Positions 1 to 8,388 of a DNA stretch of 32,535 nucleotides are shown here, piece by piece; position 1 is the first letter of the stretch, and every line of letters starts with the position of its first letter. This stretch comes from an uncultured Polyangiaceae bacterium. GTDB taxonomy: Bacteria > Myxococcota_A > Polyangia > Polyangiales > Polyangiaceae. The DNA lies in assembly GCA_964440025.1 (NCBI GenBank), contig CAYTRQ010000008.1, positions 1 to 32,535 on the forward strand. Direction: 5' to 3'. The position numbers were made by a program, and so were the translations under genes. The notes beneath the pieces are model-generated. The model worked only from the letters and a program-made list of their open reading frames with translations, searched no databases and was not told the origin of the DNA.

Positions 1-51
1 CCCACTTCTGGGAGTGCTTCGAAACCGCTCGAAACGTGAGTTGCCGAGGCA

Positions 52-465
52 CTAGTGACACAGCCGAGTGAATTCGTTGGCGAGGGCCTCGAGTCCCTTC
101 AGTGACCGCTGCGCGTTGGCGCGCTGGGCGTGATACTGAGACGCTCGCTTCTGGGAGAGTGCCTGGGCACAGGCATCGAGCTGTCTGGAGAGCGTTTCCA
201 GTCTTTTGCGTAGATCTGTCCTCCATCGCTCGAGCTCCGACAGCTCTGAGGTGCCGGCGCCCAATCGTCTGGTCGCGCGCTCGACATCTCGGGAGAGCTG
301 TTGGAACTGCTCGGCGGAGGAGGCGGTCATCGAGAGCGACTCGAGGGGTGAAAGCGCGGCGTCGATCTGTTGACAGGCCCGCGCTCGCTTCACGGGCTCG
401 CAAGCCACGATCGAGGTGCCGAGTGCGGCGTAAAGGAGAAGCCGGCGGCCTCGAGGATTGCCCAT
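52..465 (-). CDS. hypothetical coiled-coil lipoprotein (137 aa)
   Basis: This is the C-terminal 137 codons of the 889-aa minus ORF. An internal ATG (plus-strand CAT at 463-465) opens MGNPRGRRLLLYAALGTSIVAC, i.e. a basic n-region, a hydrophobic core and an IVAC lipobox. The rest is Gln/Arg/Leu-rich helical sequence. No clear SD. Confidence 0.5.
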   Translation of the reverse strand: MGNPRGRRLLLYAALGTSIVACEPVKRARACQQIDAALSPLESLSMTASSAEQFQQLSRDVERATRRLGAGTSELSELERWRTDLRKRLETLSRQLDACAQALSQKRASQYHAQRANAQRSLKGLEALANEFTRLCH

Positions 466-513
466 GGGCTTTTTGTGCCTGAACAGACCGCTTGAGGGAA
501 GCACGCGGGTGCG

Positions 514-3192
514 ATGGCCAAAACTTGGCCCGGTGCTCTTGCTTTGGGCATGCCGTTGAGGATGCGATCTTCTGCGGAGCCTACGGTGACGGAGCTTCTC
601 GCCCGAGCGGAAGAACTGGCGCGGCGCCGGGCTGAACCTCTCGCGGGGGTTCATCTTCTGGCTTCGCTGGGGGCCGCAGCCGGGCCGGCGCGGGATCTTC
701 TGGAGGAGAAGGGGGCAGGGTTTCGTCGAGTGCTCGACCAATGGGAAGAGCTGCTCGACCGGGGGCCGCAGGAAAATCTTCAGATGATCTTGAGGGCGAC
801 TCAGCAGACCGCTCGGCGCTATGGCCAGCGTACGGCGACGGCGTCCCATCTGCTGCTGGCTCTTCTCGGGGACGCAGGTGGGTCCGTGCGCCGGGTGTTC
901 GACGCGATGGGGGTAGATGCAGCGGTGCTCCGGAGTTCTGCCATGCAGATTGCTCAGGGGCTGCCCACGCGGCGCCGGCCGGTTTCGTCGGCCGCGGAGG
1001 GAAGCTATGGAAATCTCGGGCGTCGCCCCCCGCGGGGTGTGGCCGTTCCGGTGATGCCCACGGAGCCCGTGCGCGGTCGTGCGACCGGGCGTCCTCGCCC
1101 GGCGGGACGAGGGAAGGGAGAAGCGGTTCCGCTCGTGTCGACCACGCCGGTCTCCCATCGAGCCGCCGACGTGCGCGTCCCTCCACAAAATGCCTTGGGC
1201 GCCTCCGCTTCTCTGGAGGCCCCACGTGAGGAGGCGGAGAGCGCCGCTGTGCAAGGCGGGGGTTGCAGCGCCGAGATCCGAGCTGCAGCAGGGAAAGGAC
1301 CTCCCGACGGGCCCTTTTCCTTGGATAGCAAGAAGTTTCCGATTTTGGCGCAAGTTGGAAGAAATCTCACCCTTTTGGCGGCCCAAGGGAAACTCGATCA
1401 AGTCGTGGGTCGTGAGGAAGAGATCGAGCACGCGCTCGATGTCCTGGCCAAGCGTCACGGCAACAATCCCTGTTTGATTGGGCCTGCAGGGGTGGGAAAA
1501 ACGAGTGTGGCGAGAGGGATTGCCGCACGCCTCGCGGAACTCGAGCGATCCGAGGCACAAGAGGGGGAGCAGATTGTTGTCGAGATCCCGATTTCGGAGC
1601 TGCTTGCCGGAACAGGCGTGCGCGGCGCACTCGCAGGACGGCTGGCAGCCCTCAAAAAAGAGGTCGAAGCCGCTGCGGGTCGGGTTGTCCTTTTCTTTGA
1701 TGAGATTCACCAGCTTTTCTCCGGAGACGCAGCTGAAGAGATCGCCGGCGATCTGAAACTCTCGCTGGCCCGCGGGCAATTGCCCTGTATCGGGGCGACG
1801 TCTCCGGAAGAGTTTCGGCGTGTCATCGAAGCCGATCCGGCCCTCTCTCGTCGGTTTTCTGCGGTGGAGGTGGAAGAGCCCTCGAGGGAAGACGCCTTTC
1901 TCGTTTTGTCCGGCGTTGCTGAACGCCTCGCGGGTCATCATCGGGTGCGCTACGACGAGGAAGCTCTGGCGCTCGCCATTTCGTGGTCGGTTCGGTATCT
2001 GCCCGGACGGGCCTTGCCGGACAAGGCGGTGGCCGTCATCGATCTTGCGGGTGCTCGGGCTCGCCGGCGCGGCGTCGATCGGGTCGATCCCGAGGCCGTT
2101 GCCGATGTCGTAGCGAATCAGGCGACGATGCCTGTCGAACGGCTCCTCCAATCCGATGCAGATCGTATGCTCGGCCTGGAGGAGATGCTGCGAGAGCGGG
2201 TCATCGGCCATGAACAGCACCTTGCCAAGATTGCTCGTATTCTCCGACGCAATGCTGCGGGGCTCGGAAGCCGACGCCCGATCGGTACGTTTCTGTTGCT
2301 CGGTCCGACGGGCGTGGGAAAGACGGAGACCGCCAAAGCGATCGCTGAGGTCCTGTTCCACAGCGAAGCTGCAATGACGCGCATTGATATGGCAGAAATG
2401 AGTGAGGCTCACGCTGTGGCACGCCTCATTGGGGCGCCGCCAGGGTACATTGGCCATGACGCTGGCGGGCAATTGACGGAAGCGGTTCGTCGACGCCCCT
2501 ACCAGGTCGTGTTGCTCGATGAGATCGAGAAAGCTCACCCCGAAGTTCTCACGACTTTTTTGGCGGTGTTTGATGAGGGGCGCATGACGGACAGCCGAGG
2601 GCGGCTCGTCGACTTTACCAATACCGTCATTCTTCTGACATCTAACTTGGGATCGTCCGCGTTTTTGGAGTCCCGGAAGAAGCGGGTTGGTTTTCGAGCC
2701 AATCAGGATGGCCAGAGGCATGATGCCGTCGAACCCATGAAGAACGCCGCTCGTGACGCCCTCCCTCCGGAACTCTACAATCGCATCGATGAGATCCTGA
2801 CTTTTGCTCCGCTATCACGCAGCGCCGTGCTCAAGATCGGACGAAAGCTCGTCAAAGGCCTTTCTGACGAATTGGAAATCAGCCGTGGCGCGCTTCTCGA
2901 AGTAGACGATGCAGCGATCGAAGTCCTTCTCGATCAGGGGGGCTATGATCCGGAGTTCGGAGCACGTCCCCTGCGGCGCACCTTGGCGCGTCTTGTTGAG
3001 GCGCCCCTTGCCGAAGCGTTGCTCTCGGGGCAGTTGGCGCCAGGTGACACATGGCAGGTCACCGGTTCTGGCGGCGAACTCCACTCCACGGTGCTTCGAA
3101 AGAACCGGCTGCCCGATGACGAAAACTCGAGCCTCGACGCGGGCGGTCCGTGTCATTGCCCCGCGGGCGGTTCTTCGAGCGCTTTTCGATAG
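514..3192 (+). CDS. ATP-dependent Clp protease ATP-binding subunit, ClpA/ClpC-like two-ring AAA+ unfoldase
   Basis: 892-aa ORF with an N-terminal Clp_N repeat pair (HLLASLG..., HLLLALLGD...). D1 has Walker A GPAGVGKTS and Walker B VLFFDEIHQL. D2 has Walker A GPTGVGKTE, Walker B VVLLDEIEKAHP and sensor-2 GARPLRR. There is no coiled-coil M-domain between D1 and D2. An RVGF loop in D2 resembles the ClpP-docking tripeptide. The start may be ATG 514 or ATG 550. Confidence 0.9.
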   Translation: MAKTWPGALALGMPLRMRSSAEPTVTELLARAEELARRRAEPLAGVHLLASLGAAAGPARDLLEEKGAGFRRVLDQWEELLDRGPQENLQMILRATQQTARRYGQRTATASHLLLALLGDAGGSVRRVFDAMGVDAAVLRSSAMQIAQGLPTRRRPVSSAAEGSYGNLGRRPPRGVAVPVMPTEPVRGRATGRPRPAGRGKGEAVPLVSTTPVSHRAADVRVPPQNALGASASLEAPREEAESAAVQGGGCSAEIRAAAGKGPPDGPFSLDSKKFPILAQVGRNLTLLAAQGKLDQVVGREEEIEHALDVLAKRHGNNPCLIGPAGVGKTSVARGIAARLAELERSEAQEGEQIVVEIPISELLAGTGVRGALAGRLAALKKEVEAAAGRVVLFFDEIHQLFSGDAAEEIAGDLKLSLARGQLPCIGATSPEEFRRVIEADPALSRRFSAVEVEEPSREDAFLVLSGVAERLAGHHRVRYDEEALALAISWSVRYLPGRALPDKAVAVIDLAGARARRRGVDRVDPEAVADVVANQATMPVERLLQSDADRMLGLEEMLRERVIGHEQHLAKIARILRRNAAGLGSRRPIGTFLLLGPTGVGKTETAKAIAEVLFHSEAAMTRIDMAEMSEAHAVARLIGAPPGYIGHDAGGQLTEAVRRRPYQVVLLDEIEKAHPEVLTTFLAVFDEGRMTDSRGRLVDFTNTVILLTSNLGSSAFLESRKKRVGFRANQDGQRHDAVEPMKNAARDALPPELYNRIDEILTFAPLSRSAVLKIGRKLVKGLSDELEISRGALLEVDDAAIEVLLDQGGYDPEFGARPLRRTLARLVEAPLAEALLSGQLAPGDTWQVTGSGGELHSTVLRKNRLPDDENSSLDAGGPCHCPAGGSSSAFR

Positions 3193-5864
3193 CGATATCT
3201 GCGAACGTCGTCGCGCAGAATCAGATGGGCTTCGTCCACGACCTGCAAGATGAGCTCGATGTCAGCACGTAAGTGCGCGGTCTTGGGGCTCAGTCGTTCG
3301 GGAGAGAGTTCTCTGTGGAGGTTGGCTCGAGCACGATCCACCTCTTGACCGGTTGCCCAGCGGGGGACCCCCAGCAAGGTGAAGTAGTCTCCTTCGTCCA
3401 CGAGAGCTCTGCGGGCGGCCACGCGGGAAGCAAACGCTTCGTCATCGATTTCTGAAGATCGGGTAGCGAATTCCTCTGGAGGCGTTCCGCTTGGCGTTCC
3501 TCCGCCGGCTGACAGGACGCCTAACTCGGTGAGTCCGAGAAGGACCGGCAAAAGCTCCGGTTCGCGTTCTAGGATCAGATTGAGGTCTCCGTTCGCCGCG
3601 GCGAGTGCTCGTCGCTCTAAATGGGGACCTAAAGCCGACTCGCCGAGCAGCGCTTGATTGCTGCCCGAACCGAGTCGCAGGGAGCCGCTGCCCAAAGCTC
3701 GGAACGCTGCTTTGGAGTCCACGACGCGCGCCAAGACATCCATGTAGATTTCTGCCCCAGCGGCTCCGCCGAACACCGCGGGTTCTTCGCTGATCCTGGC
3801 GGGTGCCGTCTCCTCGGCGACCACTTTTGCGGACGAAAGAAACATCCTTCCCAGGATCCATTCCGCGTGGGCTCGAAGTACGGGCCAGAGGTCTTCTTGG
3901 CGCAGTACACCGCGAGCAATGAGCGCTGCGCCCGCGTGCCGTCCGAAATGGGGAAGTGGCCCCAGTGCTTGGGTGGTTTCTGCGGTGATGTCACCGCGCT
4001 CCCTCAAGAAGCAGGTGAGCGTTTCGTCTTCCCGGCTCGAGGTTGCTGTGAGGAGATCGCCCTCACGGAGCAGAACACGGCGGACTCCCCCGCCGTCTTC
4101 TTGGGCCAAGGATCCGCTCCACCGCTGTCGGATCGCCTGCCCGATCATTCCGATCGCATGCCTTTTGCGCGCACGCTTGCCTTCTTTTTGGGGGGCCGCT
4201 TCTGGCGGCATGGGAAAGCGTTCGGAAAAATTGTCGAGAGTAGGAGGAGCAGGGGTTTGGAGTGACGCCGAACGCTGCTGCGGGTCGGTTCCCAGGAGAT
4301 CGCTGAGGTCATCGAGCGGGGGAGGAAATTCGCTTTCGTGCAATGGATCGGGAAAGGAGCTCCCGGCACTCTCGGAGCGTTCTGCTGAGGCGTAGGGGTA
4401 GTTGGTTGGGGGCTTGCCGCCAGGGTTCGTTTGATCTTCGGGAGGGAGTTCGGACTCGCTCCGGTGGGGAGGAGCAAGGGTCACAGCGTCGGAGCTCGGG
4501 GAAGGTCGATCGGTATTTCGGTCGGGAATGGGACCTCCCACCCGTTGGCTGGCGCCGATAGAGTCCAACTGCAGTCCGGGACTGGAGTCTTGAGCTGGTC
4601 GTTCGAGGCTTTCCGCTGCGTTTCCGGAATCTTGGAGGCTTTCTGCTGCGGAGCTGCCCGTTTCGGAAGAAGAGGTTCCGTTCCTGGAGCTGCCGTCCGA
4701 TTCCGAGCGAGTCTCGACGGCCGAAGGTCCTTGAGACTCTTGGTTGTCCTTGATGGGGAGGCCTTTTTCCGGGAGAGATGTGTCTTCCGCGCCCCCTTTT
4801 CTGGCGTCTGTTCCGGTGCCGAGTTCTGCTGGAGTCCGTTCAGCTGTGGAGGGACTTTGTGAGGGCGGGCCGGTTTGTGTGAATGTTTCTGTTAGCGAGG
4901 GTGCATTGGCCGGTGAGGCGGAACTCACGGAAATCGAAGCGGCGGCCTGCTGGCTGTGGAATCGGGTGGAATCTTCGTGGCCCAGAGGCTCCTTGAGGGC
5001 TTGGAGAAGCTCCTCGGCAGGTGCCCCCTGTTCTTCCGACTCGATCCCAATCCGCGTGGGACGCGAGGATTGAACCGGATGAGCGGCGACCCGCTTCCTC
5101 CCTTCCTCGAGCAGCGCCCGTGTTTCCGAGCTCAACTTGTTTTCTTCGGAACTAGGAGGAACGCTGCTCGGAGGCCCGGAAGGACGGGTGTCGGCAATGT
5201 AGGGGACCGAATCCGAGGAGACGGCGGGAGGCACCGACGCTGAAGCTGGGAGGGACCATGTGGGCTCTGGTGCCTCGACATTGTTTTGAAGATGCTCGAT
5301 ATCGGAGCGATAGGGTTTGCGTGCCGAGGCGACGAGAACGGGCGCCCGCTGGCGCCGTGCTTTTTGGGCCTTTCGGTCGTTCTTTTCGGGAGGGGCTCCC
5401 ACGATGTTTTGAATCAGATCGACCGTTTTGGTGAGGTTGAGAGGGCGATTGAGAGTAGCGGTTGCCAGCTCCTGAAATTCCTCCGCCTGGCGGAGGGCTC
5501 CATCATCATGGCCGACAAACAAAAGGAGCACGTCTTCGGAAGCGGCCTCCAACATTTCTTTGACGCGCGGGAGCGCCTCGTGGGCGTCGGCGTCGCAGAC
5601 GACAAGGGAAGGCAACTCGTAGCGAACGCGGCTGGGCAGCATGCCGAGCGGTACGTCCACAGTGGAATACCCTCGATTGCGGAGGCTCGTGATCAGACGT
5701 TCGGCTTCCGCCGAGGCGTCGCACACGAAAATGGGGCCGACACCACGCTTTGTGGGGTGCTTCGCGCTTGACTGTTGGTTGTGCTCGGCTCCGCCCACCG
5801 CCTCGATCCTATCGGTTTCCGCCGAAATGGGACATGCTGGAAGTACGAATTGAGGATGAGACAT
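3153..5864 (-). CDS. multidomain protein: receiver-like N-domain, ~400-aa Ser/Pro/Glu-rich disordered region, DUF4388-like segment, C-terminal degenerate J-domain
   Basis: The 965-aa ORF opens at GTG 6050, but the likely start is the internal ATG (MSHPQFVLP, codon 63 = 5864 by frame arithmetic). The N-terminus (IFVCDASAEAERLITSLRNRGYSTVDV...LVVCDADA) is CheY-receiver-like. The C-terminus DYFTLLGVPRWATGQEVDRARANLHRELSPERL...VVDEAHLILRDDVRRYRY follows J-domain helices I-IV but lacks HPD. Confidence 0.75.
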   Translation of the reverse strand: MSHPQFVLPACPISAETDRIEAVGGAEHNQQSSAKHPTKRGVGPIFVCDASAEAERLITSLRNRGYSTVDVPLGMLPSRVRYELPSLVVCDADAHEALPRVKEMLEAASEDVLLLFVGHDDGALRQAEEFQELATATLNRPLNLTKTVDLIQNIVGAPPEKNDRKAQKARRQRAPVLVASARKPYRSDIEHLQNNVEAPEPTWSLPASASVPPAVSSDSVPYIADTRPSGPPSSVPPSSEENKLSSETRALLEEGRKRVAAHPVQSSRPTRIGIESEEQGAPAEELLQALKEPLGHEDSTRFHSQQAAASISVSSASPANAPSLTETFTQTGPPSQSPSTAERTPAELGTGTDARKGGAEDTSLPEKGLPIKDNQESQGPSAVETRSESDGSSRNGTSSSETGSSAAESLQDSGNAAESLERPAQDSSPGLQLDSIGASQRVGGPIPDRNTDRPSPSSDAVTLAPPHRSESELPPEDQTNPGGKPPTNYPYASAERSESAGSSFPDPLHESEFPPPLDDLSDLLGTDPQQRSASLQTPAPPTLDNFSERFPMPPEAAPQKEGKRARKRHAIGMIGQAIRQRWSGSLAQEDGGGVRRVLLREGDLLTATSSREDETLTCFLRERGDITAETTQALGPLPHFGRHAGAALIARGVLRQEDLWPVLRAHAEWILGRMFLSSAKVVAEETAPARISEEPAVFGGAAGAEIYMDVLARVVDSKAAFRALGSGSLRLGSGSNQALLGESALGPHLERRALAAANGDLNLILEREPELLPVLLGLTELGVLSAGGGTPSGTPPEEFATRSSEIDDEAFASRVAARRALVDEGDYFTLLGVPRWATGQEVDRARANLHRELSPERLSPKTAHLRADIELILQVVDEAHLILRDDVRRYRYRKALEEPPAGQ

Positions 5865-6007
5865 TCTAGAACGCCGGCTCAACCCCCGAAGGGGGGCGAG
5901 ATACGTTCCAGTGAGAACCCCGGCACATGGCTCGCCTTGCCCTTCCGCGGGTGAGCGTTGGCGAGGGCCTTCGAGGTTGTGTGCGGGGGTTCTAGGTCCT
6001 CCGCCTC

Positions 6008-6240
6008 TCAATGACCGAGCACGATTGTCGAGCAGTCCTTGCGGCCCCACTTTTGGGTGAGGGCCCGCAAGGACTCTCGAAAGCCTGAAATCTGCTCGAG
6101 GTCATTGGTTGTGGCTTGTTTTTGAGCGAGCGACTTTCGCGCTCGTTCATTTAGGTCCTTCGCCTGAGGCTGGTGCCCAGTACAATGAGCACTGTAATGA
6201 GCACGACGAGAATGAGCTCGCCGGATGTCATGTCGAACAT
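6008..6240 (-). pseudogene. possible frameshifted TatA/TatB-family (twin-arginine translocase) gene
   Basis: ATG at 6240 encodes MFDMTSGELILVVLITVLIVLG, which closely resembles the E. coli TatB N-terminus [21 protein letters not shown], including the conserved Glu8. This frame then stops after TSLRRRT (stop at 6151). A second frame continues PQAKDLNERARKSLAQKQATTNDLEQISGFRESLRAL, which is amphipathic and resembles TatB ...SLATTVQNELTQELKLQEFQDSL. The two frames would join with a 1-nt indel next to the LG hinge. Confidence 0.3.
6034..6075. repeat. 15-bp-arm inverted repeat (14/15 paired) with 12-nt loop, intergenic hairpin
   Basis: AGTCCTTGCGGCCCC (6034-6048) pairs with GGGCCCGCAAGGACT (6061-6075), with one C-C mismatch. 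The loop is ACTTTTGGGTGA. There is no flanking U-tract on either strand. Confidence 0.6.
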
Positions 6241-6255
6241 GCTTTTGTCGCTATC

Positions 6256-6786
6256 ATGGTTGCTTGCACGGAGACCAGAGAATGCCCCGTTGTTGTTGGC
6301 CTCGGCGCGAACGTCGGATCCCCGCGAGCCCAACTTCGCGGGGCCCTCCAGGCTTTGCGGAGTCTGTCGGAGGGGTCAATGCAGGTCGCCAGTCTCTATC
6401 GCAGCGCGCCGATTGGTCCCGAGCAGCCCGATTTCCTCAATTCGGCAGCGGCGCTCGAGTGGTCGGGATCGCTAGAATTGCTTTTGGTCCGCTTGCACGA
6501 CATCGAGCGCGAGTTTGGACGACAACGGAATGAACGGTGGGGACCGCGGACCTTGGATCTCGATCTTCTCTGGGCCGGAGAGCGCTGTGTTGTGGAGCTT
6601 CATTTGACCGTTCCCCATCCAGAGCTTCTCCGGCGGGCGTTTGCGCTTTATCCTCTTGTAGAATTGGTACCTGACGCTCGAGATCCCAGCACGAACTTGC
6701 CCTATGGGGAGTTCGTGCCCGCCGTTCACTCACAGCGGATCGAACGCGTTGCGGGACCAGGATGGGCTGTGCCCCATTTCAATTGA
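6256..6786 (+). CDS. folK: 2-amino-4-hydroxy-6-hydroxymethyldihydropteridine diphosphokinase (HPPK)
   Basis: HPPK pattern: VVVGLGANVGSP, ASLYRSAPIGPEQPDFLNSAAAL, ERWGPRTLDLDLL, VPHPELLRRAFALYPL. The ORF opens at TTG 6109, but the domain begins right after ATG 6256 (MVACTETRECPVVVGLG). Confidence 0.85.
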   Translation: MVACTETRECPVVVGLGANVGSPRAQLRGALQALRSLSEGSMQVASLYRSAPIGPEQPDFLNSAAALEWSGSLELLLVRLHDIEREFGRQRNERWGPRTLDLDLLWAGERCVVELHLTVPHPELLRRAFALYPLVELVPDARDPSTNLPYGEFVPAVHSQRIERVAGPGWAVPHFN

Positions 6787-6949
6787 AACGAGGGGCCGAG
6801 AAGAAAAAAAAGAGCAGTGGACTCGGGCTTCCCGATCCGACTTCAGTGGACAGTTCTCAAGGGAGGTGGTACCGACCCGCCGCTCCCTCTCCTCGGTGGC
6901 CCGCAAACCCTGCGTGCTTACCCGCTTGGACGAATCGGAGAAAGCGCAC

Positions 6950-7465
6950 ATGAGTCTCATGGACACGAGTCACTTTGCAGACGGTGTGACGGCCCCAGTC
7001 TGCCAGCCGTTCCCTTTTCAGCTCGCCGCGGTCACGGTCGATCTCGACAAGAGCGTCCTCATTCAGATGGCGATGTTTTCGGTACTGATTGTGGTGCTGA
7101 AACCGTTGCTGTTCGATCCGATGTTGCGTGTGTTCGCGCTGCGGGAGGAACGGACCGATGGCGCCAAGGCGGAGGCTCGCGCCATGCAGGAGCGAGCGGC
7201 GGACATCCTGGCCAACTACGAGGCGCAGCTTGCCGAGGTGCGTGCTCAGGCAGCGGCAGAGCGCGAAGTCCTGAGGAAAGAAACCGCTCAGCTTGAAGCT
7301 TCGATTTTAGCGGAAGCACGCTCGGCTGCGGACGTGATCGTCTCGGAAGGACGCGAGCGTATCGACAAAGAGGTCAGCGAGCTCAATGCGGAGCTCGAAA
7401 GCCGCGAAGCCGAGCTTTCCGCGCGCATTGGAAGTCGTGTTTTGGGGAGGGAGCTTTCCTCATGA
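6950..7465 (+). CDS. F0F1 ATP synthase subunit b' (B/B' family)
   Basis: Internal ATG 6950 lies about 10 nt downstream of a GGAG. There is one TM helix (VLIQMAMFSVLIVVLKPLLF) followed by a long Ala/Glu/Arg helical stalk. The stop overlaps the next start (ATGA at 7462-7465). Confidence 0.8.
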   Translation: MSLMDTSHFADGVTAPVCQPFPFQLAAVTVDLDKSVLIQMAMFSVLIVVLKPLLFDPMLRVFALREERTDGAKAEARAMQERAADILANYEAQLAEVRAQAAAEREVLRKETAQLEASILAEARSAADVIVSEGRERIDKEVSELNAELESREAELSARIGSRVLGRELSS

Positions 7466-8388
7466 GTTTCGTTTTGAAGACTGCCGTGAGGTTCAGTGCG
7501 TCGTTTCTGAACTCATTGCTTCCCGATCCATGGCGTGTCGGCGCTCGGTTTTCTGCCCAAGCGCTTTCCTTGCTCGCACCCCTCGTTTTGCTCGGGATGG
7601 TTTCCTTCAGCTCTCCCGCTCAAGCGCAGATGACGGAGCATCAGCCTGACGAGGCACGGTCTGACGGGGCACGGGGAAACTTGCACGAGGGTGCTGCAGC
7701 TCACCGCGATGCCGTCCGCGGAGCTCACGGCCATAGTTCTGGGGAAGTCGGAGCTCATGAAGCCGATCAGAACGGTGAACACGGAGGGGGCGCGCATGGG
7801 CACGTTCCCGAGTTCTCGGATATCAATTGGTTCTACGGTCTTCTTGCGGAGCGAGAGGGACCTCCGAGTCTTCTGTTTCGTCCACCCGGAATGCCCGTTC
7901 CACTGGGCGCCTTGATCTTCAACAGCCTGCTCCTTTTCTACCTTCTTTGGCGTTTTGGGGGTCCGGCACTCCGCCGGGGTTTGGTGTCACGCAAGGAGCG
8001 CATTGCTGGTGAGATCCAGGCTGCGGCCAAAATGAAGGAGGAGGCGGAGAAGCAGCTTCAGCACTATGAACAAAAGCTTCACCATATGTCGGTCGAGCTC
8101 GAGCGCATCATGAAAGAGATGCGAGAACAGGCCGAGGCCGAGCACGCGCGAATTCTCGCTGAGGCCAAGAGTCGCCGTGAGGCGATGGAGCAGGAGGCTC
8201 TTGATATCGTCGCTCATGAGCTCGTCCAGGCTCGGCAAGAGGCCGTGCGCGCCTTGGTGGCTCGTTCGGTGAAGGCAGCAGCGGTCAGAATTGAAAAAGA
8301 TCTCCAAGACGAGGATCAGAATCGCTTGGCGGACATCCTCGTTCGGAACGTGGAAAAGCAGTTGGCCAATAGGGAGGTACGGTCGTGA
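7462..8388 (+). CDS. atpF: F0F1 ATP synthase subunit b with long signal-peptide/His-rich N-terminal extension
   Basis: 308 aa. Signal-like segment ALSLLAPLVLLGMVSFSSPAQA, then a His/Gly-rich stretch, INWFYG, a TM helix (LGALIFNSLLLFYLLWRF) and a charged coiled-coil stalk. Translationally coupled on both sides (ATGA, GTGA). Confidence 0.85.
   Translation: MSFVLKTAVRFSASFLNSLLPDPWRVGARFSAQALSLLAPLVLLGMVSFSSPAQAQMTEHQPDEARSDGARGNLHEGAAAHRDAVRGAHGHSSGEVGAHEADQNGEHGGGAHGHVPEFSDINWFYGLLAEREGPPSLLFRPPGMPVPLGALIFNSLLLFYLLWRFGGPALRRGLVSRKERIAGEIQAAAKMKEEAEKQLQHYEQKLHHMSVELERIMKEMREQAEAEHARILAEAKSRREAMEQEALDIVAHELVQARQEAVRALVARSVKAAAVRIEKDLQDEDQNRLADILVRNVEKQLANREVRS

Noticed and set aside
52-2721. 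889-aa minus-strand ORF covering the Clp gene region
   Set aside because: It is antisense to a motif-rich AAA+ gene. Its translation is Arg/Pro/Gly/Ser-rich with no domains, as expected for a shadow ORF in GC-rich DNA. Only the last 137 codons, which lie outside the Clp gene and have a lipoprotein signal, were kept.
5876-5899. Small GC hairpin with a C(UUCG)G-type loop about 15-35 nt upstream of the J-like protein start (minus strand)
   Set aside because: There are only about 4+4 bp with an internal mismatch, so function cannot be argued from sequence alone. My base count in this stretch disagreed by one nucleotide with the ORF track.
6109-6255. N-terminal 49-codon extension of the folK ORF (TTG start)
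   Set aside because: The HPPK domain begins immediately after ATG 6256. The extension overlaps the Tat-like ORF on the other strand and has atypical composition.
6804-6811. A8 run just after the folK stop (T8 on the minus strand)
   Set aside because: No adjacent stable stem precedes the T-run on the minus strand, and there is no minus-strand gene to terminate. On the plus strand an A-run is not a terminator. It may at most be a promoter-proximal AT tract for the atp operon.
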